A stretch of 63,666 bases of DNA, filler included, from Octopus bimaculoides (GCF_001194135.2; 6 parts of 6 records of this genome joined end to end with filler, not necessarily neighbours in it); one strand, 5' to 3'; shown: positions 34,931 through 47,879, counted from the first letter of the whole stretch. Program-made: numbers and translations. Notes: generated by a model from the letters alone, not told the origin.

Positions 34931-37162
34931 TTGCGGAATGATGTGGACTGACCCCTAAAAGACCACTTTGTTTGAACGAAAATACGAATTGGTCATGGAT
35001 GAAAGACTTTTAATCATAGGTCTTCTCAATCAAAACTGACCAAGAACAACAACAACAGCAACAATCAGAGATGCAGTTTATGAACGGCGGAACAATGATA
35101 GGTAAAGGTCAGTTATATAGGATTAGAACTCAGGACATAAACGATAATACAACATCAACAACAATAACAATATGAACGCCAACAACAACAACCACGGAAG
35201 ATTTCCCCAGATAACAGGACAACAAATCATATTACTTAAAAAACAAATCCAAAACACCCCAAAAAACCCCAAAAAGTTTCCAATTAACGCAGTAGTCTTC
35301 TTTTTCTATGTTTACACAAAGCTGTCTGGTATATGTGTTTGTGAGCGTATTTCAGTGTGTGTATGCGTGAGTGTGTATAAATATCCATTTATATATATAT
35401 GTGTGTGTGTGTGAATGTCTGTATTTATATGTATGTATCTGTGTGTGTAAACGTCTAAATGTGTGTGAGTGTATGTGTGCATGTATGTGTATGTATGTGA
35501 GCGTGTGTCTACGTCTATTTCCAATTATACGAGGTTTACTTTAACGTGATAAGATTAGTAATGATTAGAAGTCTTCCCAGACCCACCTCTCTTTCCCTGC
35601 CCCATCCATCGTCCCCCGTCTCGGACTGTTATCTTTCGTAGGTGGAAAGGGATTGGAATAGGGTCCATCACAACAATTTGTTCCACGAAAAACAAAAAAA
35701 AAAAGAACAAAAAAAAGAAAAAAAGAAAAGAAAAGAAATAGAAANNNNNNNNNNNNNNNNNNNNNNNNNNNNNNNNNNNNNNNNNNNNNNNNNNNNNNNN
35801 NNNNNNNNNNNNNNNNNNNNNNNNNNNNNNNNNNNNNNNNNNNNNNNNNNNNNNNNNNNNNNNNNNNNNNNNNNNNNNNNNNNNNNNNNNNNNNNNNNNN
35901 NNNNNNNNNNNNNNNNNNNNNNNNNNNNNNNNNNNNNNNNNNNNNNNNNNNNNNNNNNNNNNNNNNNNNNNNNNNNNNNNNNNNNNNNNNNNNNNNNNNN
36001 NNNNNNNNNNNNNNNNNNNNNNNNNNNNNNNNNNNNNNNNNNNNNNNNNNNNNNNNNNNNNNNNNNNNNNNNNNNNNNNNNNNNNNNNNNNNNNNNNNNN
36101 NNNNNNNNNNNNNNNNNNNNNNNNNNNNNNNNNNNNNNNNNNNNNNNNNNNNNNNNNNNNNNNNNNNNNNNNNNNNNNNNNNNNNNNNNNNNNNNNNNNN
36201 NNNNNNNNNNNNNNNNNNNNNNNNNNNNNNNNNNNNNNNNNNNNNNNNNNNNNNNNNNNNNNNNNNNNNNNNNNNNNNNNNNNNNNNNNNNNNNNNNNNN
36301 NNNNNNNNNNNNNNNTCTCTCTCTCTCTCTCTCTCTCTCTTGCTCTCTCCCCCTCTGTTTCTCATACACACACGCATTTTGCACTTGATAATATCAATTA
36401 AAAAGACACCACACACATTCTCTCTTTCACTCTCTCTTTCCCTCCCACTCTCTCCACATTTCTTTCTCTTTCTCTCTTCCTCTCACTCTTCCTCACTCGC
36501 ACACTCTTCTCTTCTCTCTCTTTCTTTCTAACTATCTATCTTTCTGTCCCCGTTAATAAATACATATAAACTCGCAAATGCCTTCAAATATCTCACGTAA
36601 GCACACGCACGCGCGCGCACACGCATACACACACACATAGAGCAATAGCACGTGCACGTACAAATATTCACACAAGGACACACATAAATGCACCCACAAG
36701 CATTCACACACCCACACAACTCCCGCACAAATACCACACACACACACACACACATGCACACACTCACACAGACACACACAAGCAAATATATAAACAAAAA
36801 AACAGAACAACCACTCATACATACAAACATACAAAAAGTACCTTTACCACACATAGATATATACATATATAGACATACACACAATCAAAAGAACCACTAC
36901 CATACANNNNNNNNNNNNNNNNNNNNNNNNNNNNNNNNNNNNNNNNNNNNNNNNNNNNNNNNNNNNNNNNNNNNNNNNNNNNNNNNNNNNNNNNNNNNNN
37001 NNNNNNCCAGGCAATAATAAATATTGAGCAAAATCATTCTGCCATATTGACTTAATGTGTGATAGGGTGTATTTATGCCTTTTTCCTGAATACCTTGTTA
37101 GCCTGACATACATTGGAGTGCAACTAAGTTAATTGCCAGGATTATTTAAGTCCGCATTACTC

Positions 37163-37219
<57 letters not shown>

Positions 37220-37222
<3 letters not shown>

Positions 37223-37789
37223 GCCCTGATGCAGTATCAAGCAGTGGCTCTCATGGCTTCTGATCTTAATTGATTGGAAGTGTTATCACGTACATTGTTT
37301 TTTCTTCGTATAAAAGATGGGTTACAGCAAATATTCTGCTGAATACCACAGATTTGTTTGTCAGTTGCTTGACCTTAACCAGTTGAGCATTTCCCTTAGT
37401 GGCTGACGATATATGCATCTCTGATCATGAGCAGAAGTAGTGGGGGAGCATTATAGCCATGTGTTGAGAGAAATTGTTTGGGGTTTGGATAATTCCCCTT
37501 TGGAAACATCGGTATTTCGTTCAATATCCTTAAACAACCTTTATTCAGGGACCTTTTAAGCGGGATAGGTTACTCGACCTGAAGGAAATTCTGACTGGGC
37601 CCCACCTGCAAGGTCATGCGCTGTCATGCAAGGTCATATCTTGATATGAGGTCACCATGTCGCACAAATATGGTAATGATGCATGTGCCTGGTGTACTCT
37701 TATCAGATGGATAGTCATGATGGGTATTCTGGGCTTCGATAATTTTACCCCTCAGTGTCACTTTGATGGCATGCACTGCTCTCTCTTAA
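37220..37789. mobile_element. Interspersed element of about 570 bp embedded in (AAT)n, unclassified
   Basis: Complex sequence bounded on both sides by long (AAT)n tracts (37165-37219, 37790-37877). No TIR and no long ORF. The mobile-element call is inferred from this architecture. Confidence 0.55.
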
Positions 37790-37806
37790 TAGTAATAATA
37801 ATAATA

Positions 37807-37879
<73 letters not shown>

Positions 37880-38396
37880 ACGAAATATACACGTAAATGT
37901 CGAACGGTGAAAATGAGTGCTCAACACTTCATTGGTGGATCTAATTTCTTTATTTGTGGATTAAGGCTTACCATTGGTTTCATGTTAAGAAAAGTAGGAA
38001 AATATCCAAGTGTCTTAATTTTTCTAGCCGATCACATGGAGAAAGGTGTTCATCTCTATTTTGGAAAACGCTTTTTCTCACAAACATTTCCAGAAAAACT
38101 CTTACCGAATTGCAACATGATTATCCTAGTGGCGATGTTTTGGTTCTTAGGGGCTTAACTCTGAAATTAATCCCCTACTCGTTTTGTTTCATTATCTTTT
38201 TCACAGCAACCGCAAGCCGGATGTGTCTATTTACCTCCAACAGTCGCCATATTTCATTCCATATCGGGTACCTCTGACGAGAGCAGGGTTAAATAATCGG
38301 ATTGTTGCCTCACACTCCGTTGAATTTTCAGCGCAAAACCGATTGGTAAGATCGGCTGTAATGGATATGTAATACTGTACACTTCGGATAATACAT

Positions 38397-38438
<42 letters not shown>

Positions 38439-39059
38439 AGAATGATTCTCCCCAGACACAATATATACATACATACATATTTATATATATATATACACAT
38501 ACATACACACCCATACGCATATGTAGACACATATAAACATATATGAATTAATGTTCGTACATGTCCCCCATATATGTTACGTTCTATTTCTCGTTGGTAA
38601 ACAACAAAGACTTGTATTCTTTTGCGATAAGGTTTTAAGTCTAACCAGGCATTATTCTTGTCGGCGAATGAAAACGAGTCATTTTACGGAAACGGGCTTA
38701 ATATGTCGGCGATTGTAAACGTGTGTCAGCTGAGAGAACGAAGATCGAAACTCTTTGAGTCGCGATTGTGCACTACGAAACTCTCAAGGTGTACTATGCT
38801 CCCTCTGCCTCCTCGTCACCATCGTCGTCAATGTCCCCTTCTCCCTCCTCTCGTCACGTTTATTACTGCCTCTGCTAGGTTATGCGCCAACTTTCCCCGA
38901 TCGCTGAAATAACCCTGTTTGCCGTCCGTCAGTCTAATTTTTGCAAATTATTTCTCCCAGAGGATTTAAGCTGACTTTAACACACAGCTTGTCTGGTATA
39001 GGAGCGAAAAGAACAGAACAACCCAAACATCAAGTAAAAAAAAAAGCAAAAAAGCAAAA

Positions 39060-39084
39060 AGAATAAACACACACATATGTGTGA

Positions 39085-39123
<39 letters not shown>

Positions 39124-39149
39124 TATACAGTTGTGTATATGTATGTATG

Positions 39150-39186
<37 letters not shown>

Positions 39187-39436
39187 NNNNNNNNNNNNNN
39201 NNNNNNNNNNNNNNNNNNNNNNNNNNNNNNNNNNNNNNNNNNNNNNNNNNNNNNNNNNNNNNNNNNNNNNNNNNNNNNNNNNNNNNNNNNNNNNNNNNNN
39301 NNNNNNNNNNNNNNNNNNNNNNNNNNNNNNNNNNNNNNNNNNNNNNNNNNNNNNNNNNNNNNNNNNNNNNNNNNNNNNNNNNNNNNNNNNNNNNNNNNNN
39401 NNNNATATACATATATATATATATACATATATATAT

Positions 39437-39467
<31 letters not shown>

Positions 39468-39918
39468 CATATATATATATAACATATATATATGTATATG
39501 CGTACATATGTATATGTATACGTATGTATATATGTGTGTGTATGTGCGTGTGTATGTGTTCATGTGTGTGTGTGTGTAACGGAGACTAGAGAAAAAGAAA
39601 AGAACATTAAAAAAGCATAAAATAAAATGAAGTAAAAAACAAACAAAACTCAGCAAACAAACAAACGAGCAAACGAACAAAACAAATTGTAAAAGCGAAG
39701 AACAACAACAACAGCAACAAAAAAACAAACAAACAAACAAACACACAAACAAGCAATAAAGGAATGAAATACAGAAGGAAAACTGAAATACATAGCACCA
39801 AAACGGTTATTAAACATTTCTTGCTTTCCGAATCGTTCCCCTGTGGCCGTACTTACTTATTCCGAACATTCGCATATGTATGTATGTATGTGAATGTTTG
39901 CCTGCCTGCCTGCTTGCC

Positions 39919-39957
<39 letters not shown>

Positions 39958-40168
39958 GTAATTGTATGTGTGAGTGTGTGCGAGAGAGAGAATGTATGTA
40001 TGTATCGTGTACGTATATACGCACATTTATATGTATGTGTATATGTATGTATGTGTGTATGTATATATGTATGTATGTGTATGCGCGTATGTATGTATAT
40101 ATGTATGTATGCGTGTATGCTTGTATGTGTGTATGCTTGTATGTATGTTTTCAAGCATGTATGTTTAC

Positions 40169-40201
<33 letters not shown>

Positions 40202-40933
40202 TGTATGTATGCATGTATACGTGTATGTATGTATGTATGTATGTATGTATGTGTGTATGTGTGTGTAGGTGTATACATGTGTGTATGCACATTTGTATGT
40301 ATGTTTGTATACTTATGTGCACGTAGACATGTATGTATGCTTGTATGTGTATGTTTATATATATANNNNNNNNNNNNNNNNNNNNNNNNNNNNNNNNNNN
40401 NNNNNNNNNNNNNNNNNNNNNNNNNNNNNNNNNNNNNNNNNNNNNNNNNNNNNNNNNNNNNNNNNNNNNNNNNNNNNNNNNNNNNNNNNNNNNNNNATAA
40501 ATGTGTTTGTATATATATATGTGCGTATGTATGTGGATGTAAGTATATATATGTATATGTGTATGTATGCATTTATGTATGTATAAGTGTGTTTGTATGT
40601 ATGTATATATCTATGTGTACGTCTATATATGTATGTGAATAGGATGTGTATATCAATCTTTGGGTACGTGTATATATTGTTATACGGTGTACATAGTGTT
40701 ATATACATATATGTACATGATTGTATATATGTGTATATATGTATATGTACATATGTATACGTTTATATGCATATTCTTAAATATATATATATATATATAT
40801 ATGTATGTGCGTATGCAAGTGTATATGAGTGTATGTGTGCGTATATGTTTGTATGCATATGTATATGTGTGCTTTTGGGTTCATTTATTTATAGCTTCAC
40901 ACACGCACACACGCACACGTGTGTATGTGTGCA

Positions 40934-40997
<64 letters not shown>

Positions 40998-41000
40998 TGT
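39060..41000. repeat. Large compound microsatellite region (TA, TATG, CCTG/TCTG, TG, AAC)
   Basis: Direct inspection; source of many spurious ORFs. Confidence 0.95.
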
Positions 41001-41185
41001 GTGAGTGTTTGTTTGTGTAGGAACACTTGTAAAATGTCTGCCGCGCGGGTTCATATTTCATTACATCATTATCTTCTTTTAAACGTTAACAATTATATGT
41101 GTTAGACTTGTTTGTCTCGACTTGTAACAAAATCCATTTAATTTCGATTTCAACTGGAAAACAAAACATCAAAATCAACAACACC

Positions 41186-41217
<32 letters not shown>

Positions 41218-41968
41218 ACAAACAAAGACGACGACAACAACAACACAACAACAACAGCAGCAGCAGCACTAGCAGCGCAATTACAACGGCAAGATAAGGT
41301 TTATTCAAATCAGGACTAATATACAAGATTGCGAAGCATTTGTTTTCATAGTTTAAACTCTCCTTCAGCAGAAGAAACACCAGCAGCACTAGCAAAGCGC
41401 TCAATATTTCTGTCACCCAAACAGGCTGAAGGTCCAGTCAGCCATGTCAAATAATCAGCGTCCAAACAACTGCGCCCGATCATCTCATGTTCTGTTTGCG
41501 TCCTGAACAGAAAAGCATAACAAAAATAAACGGGCTGGTCATTACTGAATCCCTTCGACCGTCGTTAGGTTTGATTAGGGTTGACCTGGTGTTAAACATT
41601 ACACTCACAGAACATGTTTATTACAATGACCTAATAGGACATAATTCGAGTCAAAGCTCCATATACTATTCACGTTTGAAAATCTAATATGAAACCCGTA
41701 AAGTGTATTCCTATATTTTTAAGTCTAATGAAATTCTAATTAATTCTTATATATTCTCTGTGCATTTTTACTTTCCTTTCTTCCATACTTCCACTTATCT
41801 GGAGTAACAACAATTTCTCTCTCTATCTCTCTTTATATGTGTGTGTGTGTGTGTGTGTGTGTGAGTGTATATATGTATGTATGTACGTATGTATGTAAGT
41901 ATATGTATAAACATATACATACAGACATCCATACATGCATGCATACATACATATATATATGTTTATGC

Positions 41969-42009
<41 letters not shown>

Positions 42010-42021
42010 CATACATACATA

Positions 42022-42221
42022 TCGTTGCTATTATGCAAAAGTGTCATTAGTCCAAAACGTTGCTTTCTCAGAAAACGAAAAAATAGTTTCACCATTCCAT
42101 AGCAAAACCGTTGTGCTATACTTTGACAATTTTTGGTATCTTGACATCTGAAGCAGCTGGGCATACGATAGTTTGACCAAAAGAACCGGCTATTGCAAGC
42201 AATAATAAATATTGAAAAAAA
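42022..42221 (+). mobile_element. 5' part of the TCGTTGCTATTATG MITE (internally deleted; runs into a gap)
   Basis: Collinear with 47091-47457. Confidence 0.75.
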
Positions 42222-42435
42222 NNNNNNNNNNNNNNNNNNNNNNNNNNNNNNNNNNNNNNNNNNNNNNNNNNNNNNNNNNNNNNNNNNNNNNNNNNNNNNN
42301 NNNNNNNNNNNNNNNNNNNNNNNNNNNNNNNNNNNNNNNNNNNNNNNNNNNNNNNNCCTTTAACTAAAATTTGTCAAGGCGAAAATAAGTTTCGCTTAAG
42401 ACACGAAACAAAGAATAGACAAAGAGGGAAAAATA

Positions 42436-42691
42436 GACGGGCTTCCATACAGTTGTTTCTGTCTACCAAACGCATTGGTCAACCCGGAGCTACAGTTAAC
42501 ATACTTGCATAACGTACCGCGCAGTTGTCAGAAACAACGTGGTTTCCATTATGTGAGATTTTTCATTGAAATTGATAAAGGTAGCGAGGATGAAAATATT
42601 TTGGGCCTTGGCACATCATCAGACAATATTTTCTGCCTCGAAACCATGTGGTTGCAAAGCGAGTTTCTTAACCACACAGCCATGCCTGCGC
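42436..42691 (-). mobile_element. SINE family A head, interrupted by about 105 bp of foreign sequence
   Basis: gacgggcttc...taccgcgcagt | insert | gaaaccatgtggttgcaaagcgagtttcttaaccacacagccatgcctgcgc. Confidence 0.7.
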
Positions 42692-43107
42692 TTATGGTGG
42701 TTAGAATTTGGTGGAGATATTGATGGTTGGGTTGTCCAGTTCTAATGGCAGCGGCGGCGTGACTGTAGGTTTATTGGCGTGGTTGTTGTTGTCATTGCTA
42801 CTGCTGCTACTGCAGTTGTTGTTGTTTTTGTTGTTGATGTTGTCGTTTAGCGTCAGGTTAGCTCTGATTGAGTAAGTCTATGATTAGCTACTTCAGCCGT
42901 AATCACACCGTCCTTCCCCTAAATGCATGGTAAGGGTGTAAATTGGGGGGTGATTTGGCTACTATTTCTACCTATAGACCCCTTCGTTTCCCATTCTATT
43001 CTACTGGACCCCCATAACTATTCAATGTTTAACAACTACAATCATATTTTTATAATTAAATATTATTTGGAATTGTATAAAAGAATATTAAAATATTTAA
43101 TTTTTAC

Positions 43108-43322
43108 TTGTTTTAGTCATTAGGTTGCGACCATACTGGGGTACTATCCTGAAGGACTTTTAGTTGAATGAATCGAACCCAGTCCTTATATTTTTGTTAA
43201 ATCTGGCACTTATTCCATCAGTTTCTTTTGCTGAACCGCTAAGTTACAGGAAGGTAAATACACCGACACCGGTTGTCAAGACAAACACAGACACAAAGAT
43301 TCACACACACACACACAAACAC

Positions 43323-43367
<45 letters not shown>

Positions 43368-43527
43368 TAGGCTTCTTTCAGTTTCCGTCTACCAAATCCA
43401 CTCACACAGCTTTGGTCAGCCCGAGGCTATAGTAGAAGACACTTGCCCAAGGTGCCACGCAGTGGGACTGAACCCAGAACCATGTGGTTGGTAAGCAAGC
43501 TTCTTACTACACAGCCACTCCTGCGCC
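43108..43527 (-). mobile_element. Near full-length SINE family A
   Basis: Intact tRNA-like head (reverse of GGCGCAGGAGTGGCTGTGTAGTAAG...GGTTCAGTCCC), internal (CA)n, and 3' body. Confidence 0.92.
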
Positions 43528-43644
43528 ANNNNNNNNNNNNNNNNNNNNNNNNNNNNNNNNNNNNNNNNNNNNTTAATTAATTAANNNNNNNNNNNNNNNN
43601 NNNNNNNNNNNNNNNNNNNNNNNNNNNNATATATACATGTGTGC

Positions 43645-43691
<47 letters not shown>

Positions 43692-43710
43692 TTATAAATA
43701 AAAGAATATC

Positions 43711-43891
43711 TGATTGGGGTGCCTGGACGGGACGCTAGTCCGTTGCAGGATTAACTTCCCAGTTACTGCTACGGCTCATTTACAGCTGAGTGAACTGGAG
43801 CGACATGATATTAAGTGTCCAATTCGGGAATTGAAACCACGATCGTAAGAGAAGCACTCTAGCACCTGACCACTAAGTGACGCGCCTTCAC
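43711..43891 (-). mobile_element. V-domain-like SINE (family C variant)
   Basis: ggacgggacgctagtccgttgcagg...cagctgagtgaactggagcgac...cactaagtgacgcgccttcac. Confidence 0.75.
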
Positions 43892-44299
43892 AATAAAATA
43901 GGTAACAGAATATTAAAAAATACTGCAACTGATGTAATACACCCTAAAATGTTGGTGCTGTATCATGGCTATACTTCAATGTGTTAAATGGCACAAGAAC
44001 AACAACAACAAAAAAATGTAATAAAGGAACAATGTCACACTATAAAAATGAGGTCCTTGATCATTTAGTGGAACGAACATAAATATTCGTGCATGACTGG
44101 TATTTAAACCTTTGGACATCCCGTGAGATTTCAACTTGACGCTAACGGTAAATGGACGTCAGCAAATAGTATGTTACTTATTCTGCAATTATATCACTTT
44201 CGTAACGATCATAATAATTTAAACTCTTAATTCGAATCATGTAACAAAATACAGAAGTATCTCTATCAGATCTATCATTCTATTACGAGCGGATGATAA

Positions 44300-44341
<42 letters not shown>

Positions 44342-44346
44342 TCTTC

Positions 44347-44400
44347 ATCACAACTGTCCGATGAACGAAAACGTGAAACTCTGAGTAACAGTTCTGTGAT
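44347..44400 (+). ncRNA. Minimal type I hammerhead ribozyme motif with a U4C core (CCGAUGA...GAAA, GUA cleavage triplet)
   Basis: Helix I AACTGT (44352-57) / ACAGTT (44388-93), extended by ATCAC/GTGAT. Core CCGATGA 44358-64. Helix II ACG-AAAA-CGT. GAAA 44375-78. Helix III ACTC-T-GAGT. Predicted cleavage after A44387. Homolog at 63209-63250. Confidence 0.7.
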
Positions 44401-44480
44401 AATTTTGCAGCTTTAATAAAAAAATTTTTAGTCTACCTTTGGTATTCGAAAACTATTTTTTCCACCTTGTTTTGCACCTG
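44347..44480 (+). mobile_element. Penelope-like element 3' tail (hammerhead-bearing), between TA/TG microsatellites
   Basis: Homologous to the reverse complement of 63122-63260 (…ttttgcagct…aataaa…ctacctt(t/c)ggtattcga…tattttttccaccttgttttgca). The PLE assignment is inferred from the hammerhead. Confidence 0.6.
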
Positions 44481-44864
44481 TGCTCACATATACATGTGTG
44501 TGTGTGTGTGTGTGTGTGTAAATAATTAGTCAGGTCTCATTCATGAAGGCTCTTATTAGTGGCAGTTACACACCAAATTTTGTCTAGTGTACGTGCCCCT
44601 CTGCCTCTGATGACTTGACCACCATACCCATGGCAAGGGCAAATAAGAGGATTACTACCTTTTCTGCAAGAAGGAGGTCCCTTTCTACCTGGTTGGCTTT
44701 TATTAAAAAAAAGATATTTTTTGCTTAAATTTTAATGAAATATTTTCAAAAAGAGATCGTAATTTTTACTGTTGACAAGGTGTGATACTGAAGAAGCTTG
44801 ATTACACTTGATTAATTGTTGACGTATGAAATAATCAATGAGCAATATTTTGAGATTAAAGAAA

Positions 44865-45900
44865 GACGGTAGAGTTACAGTTGCTGTTTAAAGAACGCAA
44901 GTGGTATTTCAAATTTGTGACTGTTGTTGAAGTTCAACGACAATGGAGGCGTGAGTTTGGAACAGAACCTCCAGTATGCTTGACAATTTTGTGGATTCAT
45001 GAGAAGTTCGAAACATAGAACTGTGTGTGATATGCAGAAAAGAAAATCCGGCAGACCTCGAAGAATAACTAGCGCTGCTTCTGTTATGTTCTTGGGTCAT
45101 TTCACACACTCGCCACAGAAGTCTACCAATGTGCACGAGAGACAGGAATAAGCAGTACAAACATACGGCGTATTCTGGTAAGAATTAAAGGGCAAGTTTA
45201 CATCTAGATTATAACATATAATAAACAATCACGATGCTGATCGAAGAATCGACTTTTGTAAGTGGTTCCAACACATGATAGGCAAGGATGACAAGTTTGT
45301 GAAGACGATTGTGTGGTCTAATGACGCTTAATTTAAGCTAAATGAAACAGTGAACCAACATAATTGTGTTACTGGGCACCAGAAGATCCTTGCTTGCATG
45401 TGGACAAATCAGTTAATATATCGAGGTTCAATGTCTGGTGTTGGGTACTATCAAGAGGTATAACTGGATCATTTTTCTATGAATGTATTGTTACTGGTCA
45501 AGCGTGCCTATACATGCTTAGCAAGTCCAGTTCATCTGCCATGGAAATAAAGAATTATTCTTTCAGCAAGATGGAACTCCCAACACTACTACCGAGACGT
45601 GCGAGCTTAGCTGGATGAGAATTTACAAGGATACTGGGTAGGACGAAGTGATGCAGTTCAGTTCTCCTCTCATTCTTCCTATTTAACACCTGCTTACTTT
45701 TAATTACGGGGCGCCATAAAGGGGTGTATCGCAGATTACCCGCTACATTGAAGTTCCCTTCGAGGAGAAATTGAAACGGCATGTGTAGCAATGTCACTGG
45801 ACATTTTGCTCAACGTTTCTCCAAGCAGCAGTTCGCCTTACGAATAAGTGCCAGGAAAGTACTGGCCATCACTTAGACCTACTCTTGCAATTGTATGAGT
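44865..45900 (+). mobile_element. Degenerate Tc1/mariner-superfamily transposase (DUF4817-like HTH plus DDE/DDD domain)
   Basis: Frameshifted motifs VEVQRQWRREFGTEPP, KSGRPR, RRIDFCKW, IVWSNDA*FKLN.TVN.HNC.YWA, FNVWC..GITGSFF, FQQDG, Y.WGAIK..VYR. Confidence 0.85.
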
Positions 45901-46004
45901 TAAAGGTAGGTAACTTGTATTTATCCAGTGATGCCTGAATAAATTTAGCATTAGAACTTTTCTACGCTTTTCTTTTCTTGAAGTATTCATTTTGATCATT
46001 GGAT

Positions 46005-46071
<67 letters not shown>

Positions 46072-46274
46072 TCTCTCCCTCTCTTTTTCTCTCTTTGTCT
46101 CTCTTTCTGTCTGTCTGTCTCTCTCTGTCTCTCTCTCTCTCTCTCCACACACACACACGTATATATACAAACACACACGTGTATGTGCGTGTGAGTATGC
46201 ATGCCTGTGTATGAGTGTGAGTATGGATGTGTGTGTGTGTGCGTGTGTGAGTGTGCGTGTGTGTAGGCATGTAT

Positions 46275-46445
46275 GTGCCTGTATTTGTACTACCATTTGT
46301 TTACGTCCCCGCAACTTAACGGTTCAGCCAAAGTGACCGATAGATTAAGTAGCAGAAGCAATTTCTTCGATTAAAAACTTCAAGGCGATGCCCAAGCATG
46401 ACCACAATTCAATGACAGCAACGAGTAAAAGATAAAATATAAAAG
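46275..46445 (+). mobile_element. SINE family A 3' half
   Basis: tttacgtccccgcaacttaacggttcagcc...cttcaaggcgatgcccaagcatg...gtaaaagata. Confidence 0.75.
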
Positions 46446-47036
46446 TCAAGAAATCCATTTTTGCTAGAATTGACAGCCAAATTCTTTTTAATCACATCCT
46501 ATCATCTGAAATAAAGAATATTTGGGAAAATGTAAACTTAAAAACAATGAAATAAAATAGAATAAAAATTTGGTATCTCGGCAGCTAGAATTCCTCTCAT
46601 CATGTTACTAATGATGCACTTAGTGGGTCATTAGTAACATTATAATGATGTACATCCATAAATTAGAAAATAAAAAATAGAACATATATATATACGTGTT
46701 ACGTAAATAAATTTTGCGTTAATGGCGATACCGGTCTACGATTAATTCTTTATTCTGTATATTTTCATTTGTCTTGCCCGTTCATGTTCTGGTGTGTGCT
46801 GAATTTCCCTAGAGAACATTCTTTTCTTTTGTGGTTTGACCGTTAGATGGTCTATTTCTAGCATAATGGATGTCCACTTAGTGGTCATCCCTTCTCATAT
46901 GTATGCAATATAATTTTTCTGAATTTTCAGAATTTTCTTTATGCTAGGCCACTGGTTTTAAATTGGTGTTAATTAAATTAAAATTTCAATTTATCACCCT
47001 TATTATTTTAATTTTATATATATGTGTGTGTGTGTG

Positions 47037-47090
<54 letters not shown>

Positions 47091-47091
<1 letters not shown>

Positions 47092-47457
47092 CGTTGCTAT
47101 TATGCAAAAGTGTCGCAAGTCCAAAAACGAAAGAAAAGTTTCACCATTCCATTTCATTTTACGTTAGCAACAGTTTCAGCTTAACTATAATACTTTGTTG
47201 GATTCATAAAATCGTAACTCCATGCATGTATGATATTTTCAGTCAGAAATATTTTTGCAAAACAGTCGTACATAGGACTTACTACGCTTTTGAAAAATGC
47301 TAAACCGTTGAACTTATACTTTGACAATTTTCATCTGAAGCAGCTGGAGATACGATACTTTGACCAAAAGAACCAGATATTGCAAGCAAAATTAAATATT
47401 GATAAAAACGTATTTAGCCAAATTTAGGCATACGACAATTCAACATAATAGCATCGA
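47091..47457. mobile_element. 367-bp MITE with 14-bp TIRs, inserted in a TA-rich microsatellite
   Basis: TCGTTGCTATTATG ... CATAATAGCATCGA (1 mismatch), flanked by TA on both sides. Further copies at 42022 and about 47799. Confidence 0.8.
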
Positions 47458-47463
47458 TATATA

Positions 47464-47502
<39 letters not shown>

Positions 47503-47523
47503 TATGTAAATGTGCATTGATTG

Positions 47524-47559
<36 letters not shown>

Positions 47560-47673
47560 GTGTGTATACATATATGTACAAATATATGTATACGTATATA
47601 TATAAATATGTATATATACATATATATATGTATATGTGTATATATATATATGTATATATGTGTATGTGTGTGC

Positions 47674-47721
<48 letters not shown>

Positions 47722-47879
47722 GCACACACATACACATATATACATATATATACATATATATATGCATGTATATATGTATGTATGTATATGTGTGTGTATC
47801 GTTGATATGCAAAAGTGTCGCAAATTTATATGGAATTTATTATATATATATATATAGTTTAAAAAAACAATAACAAAAA

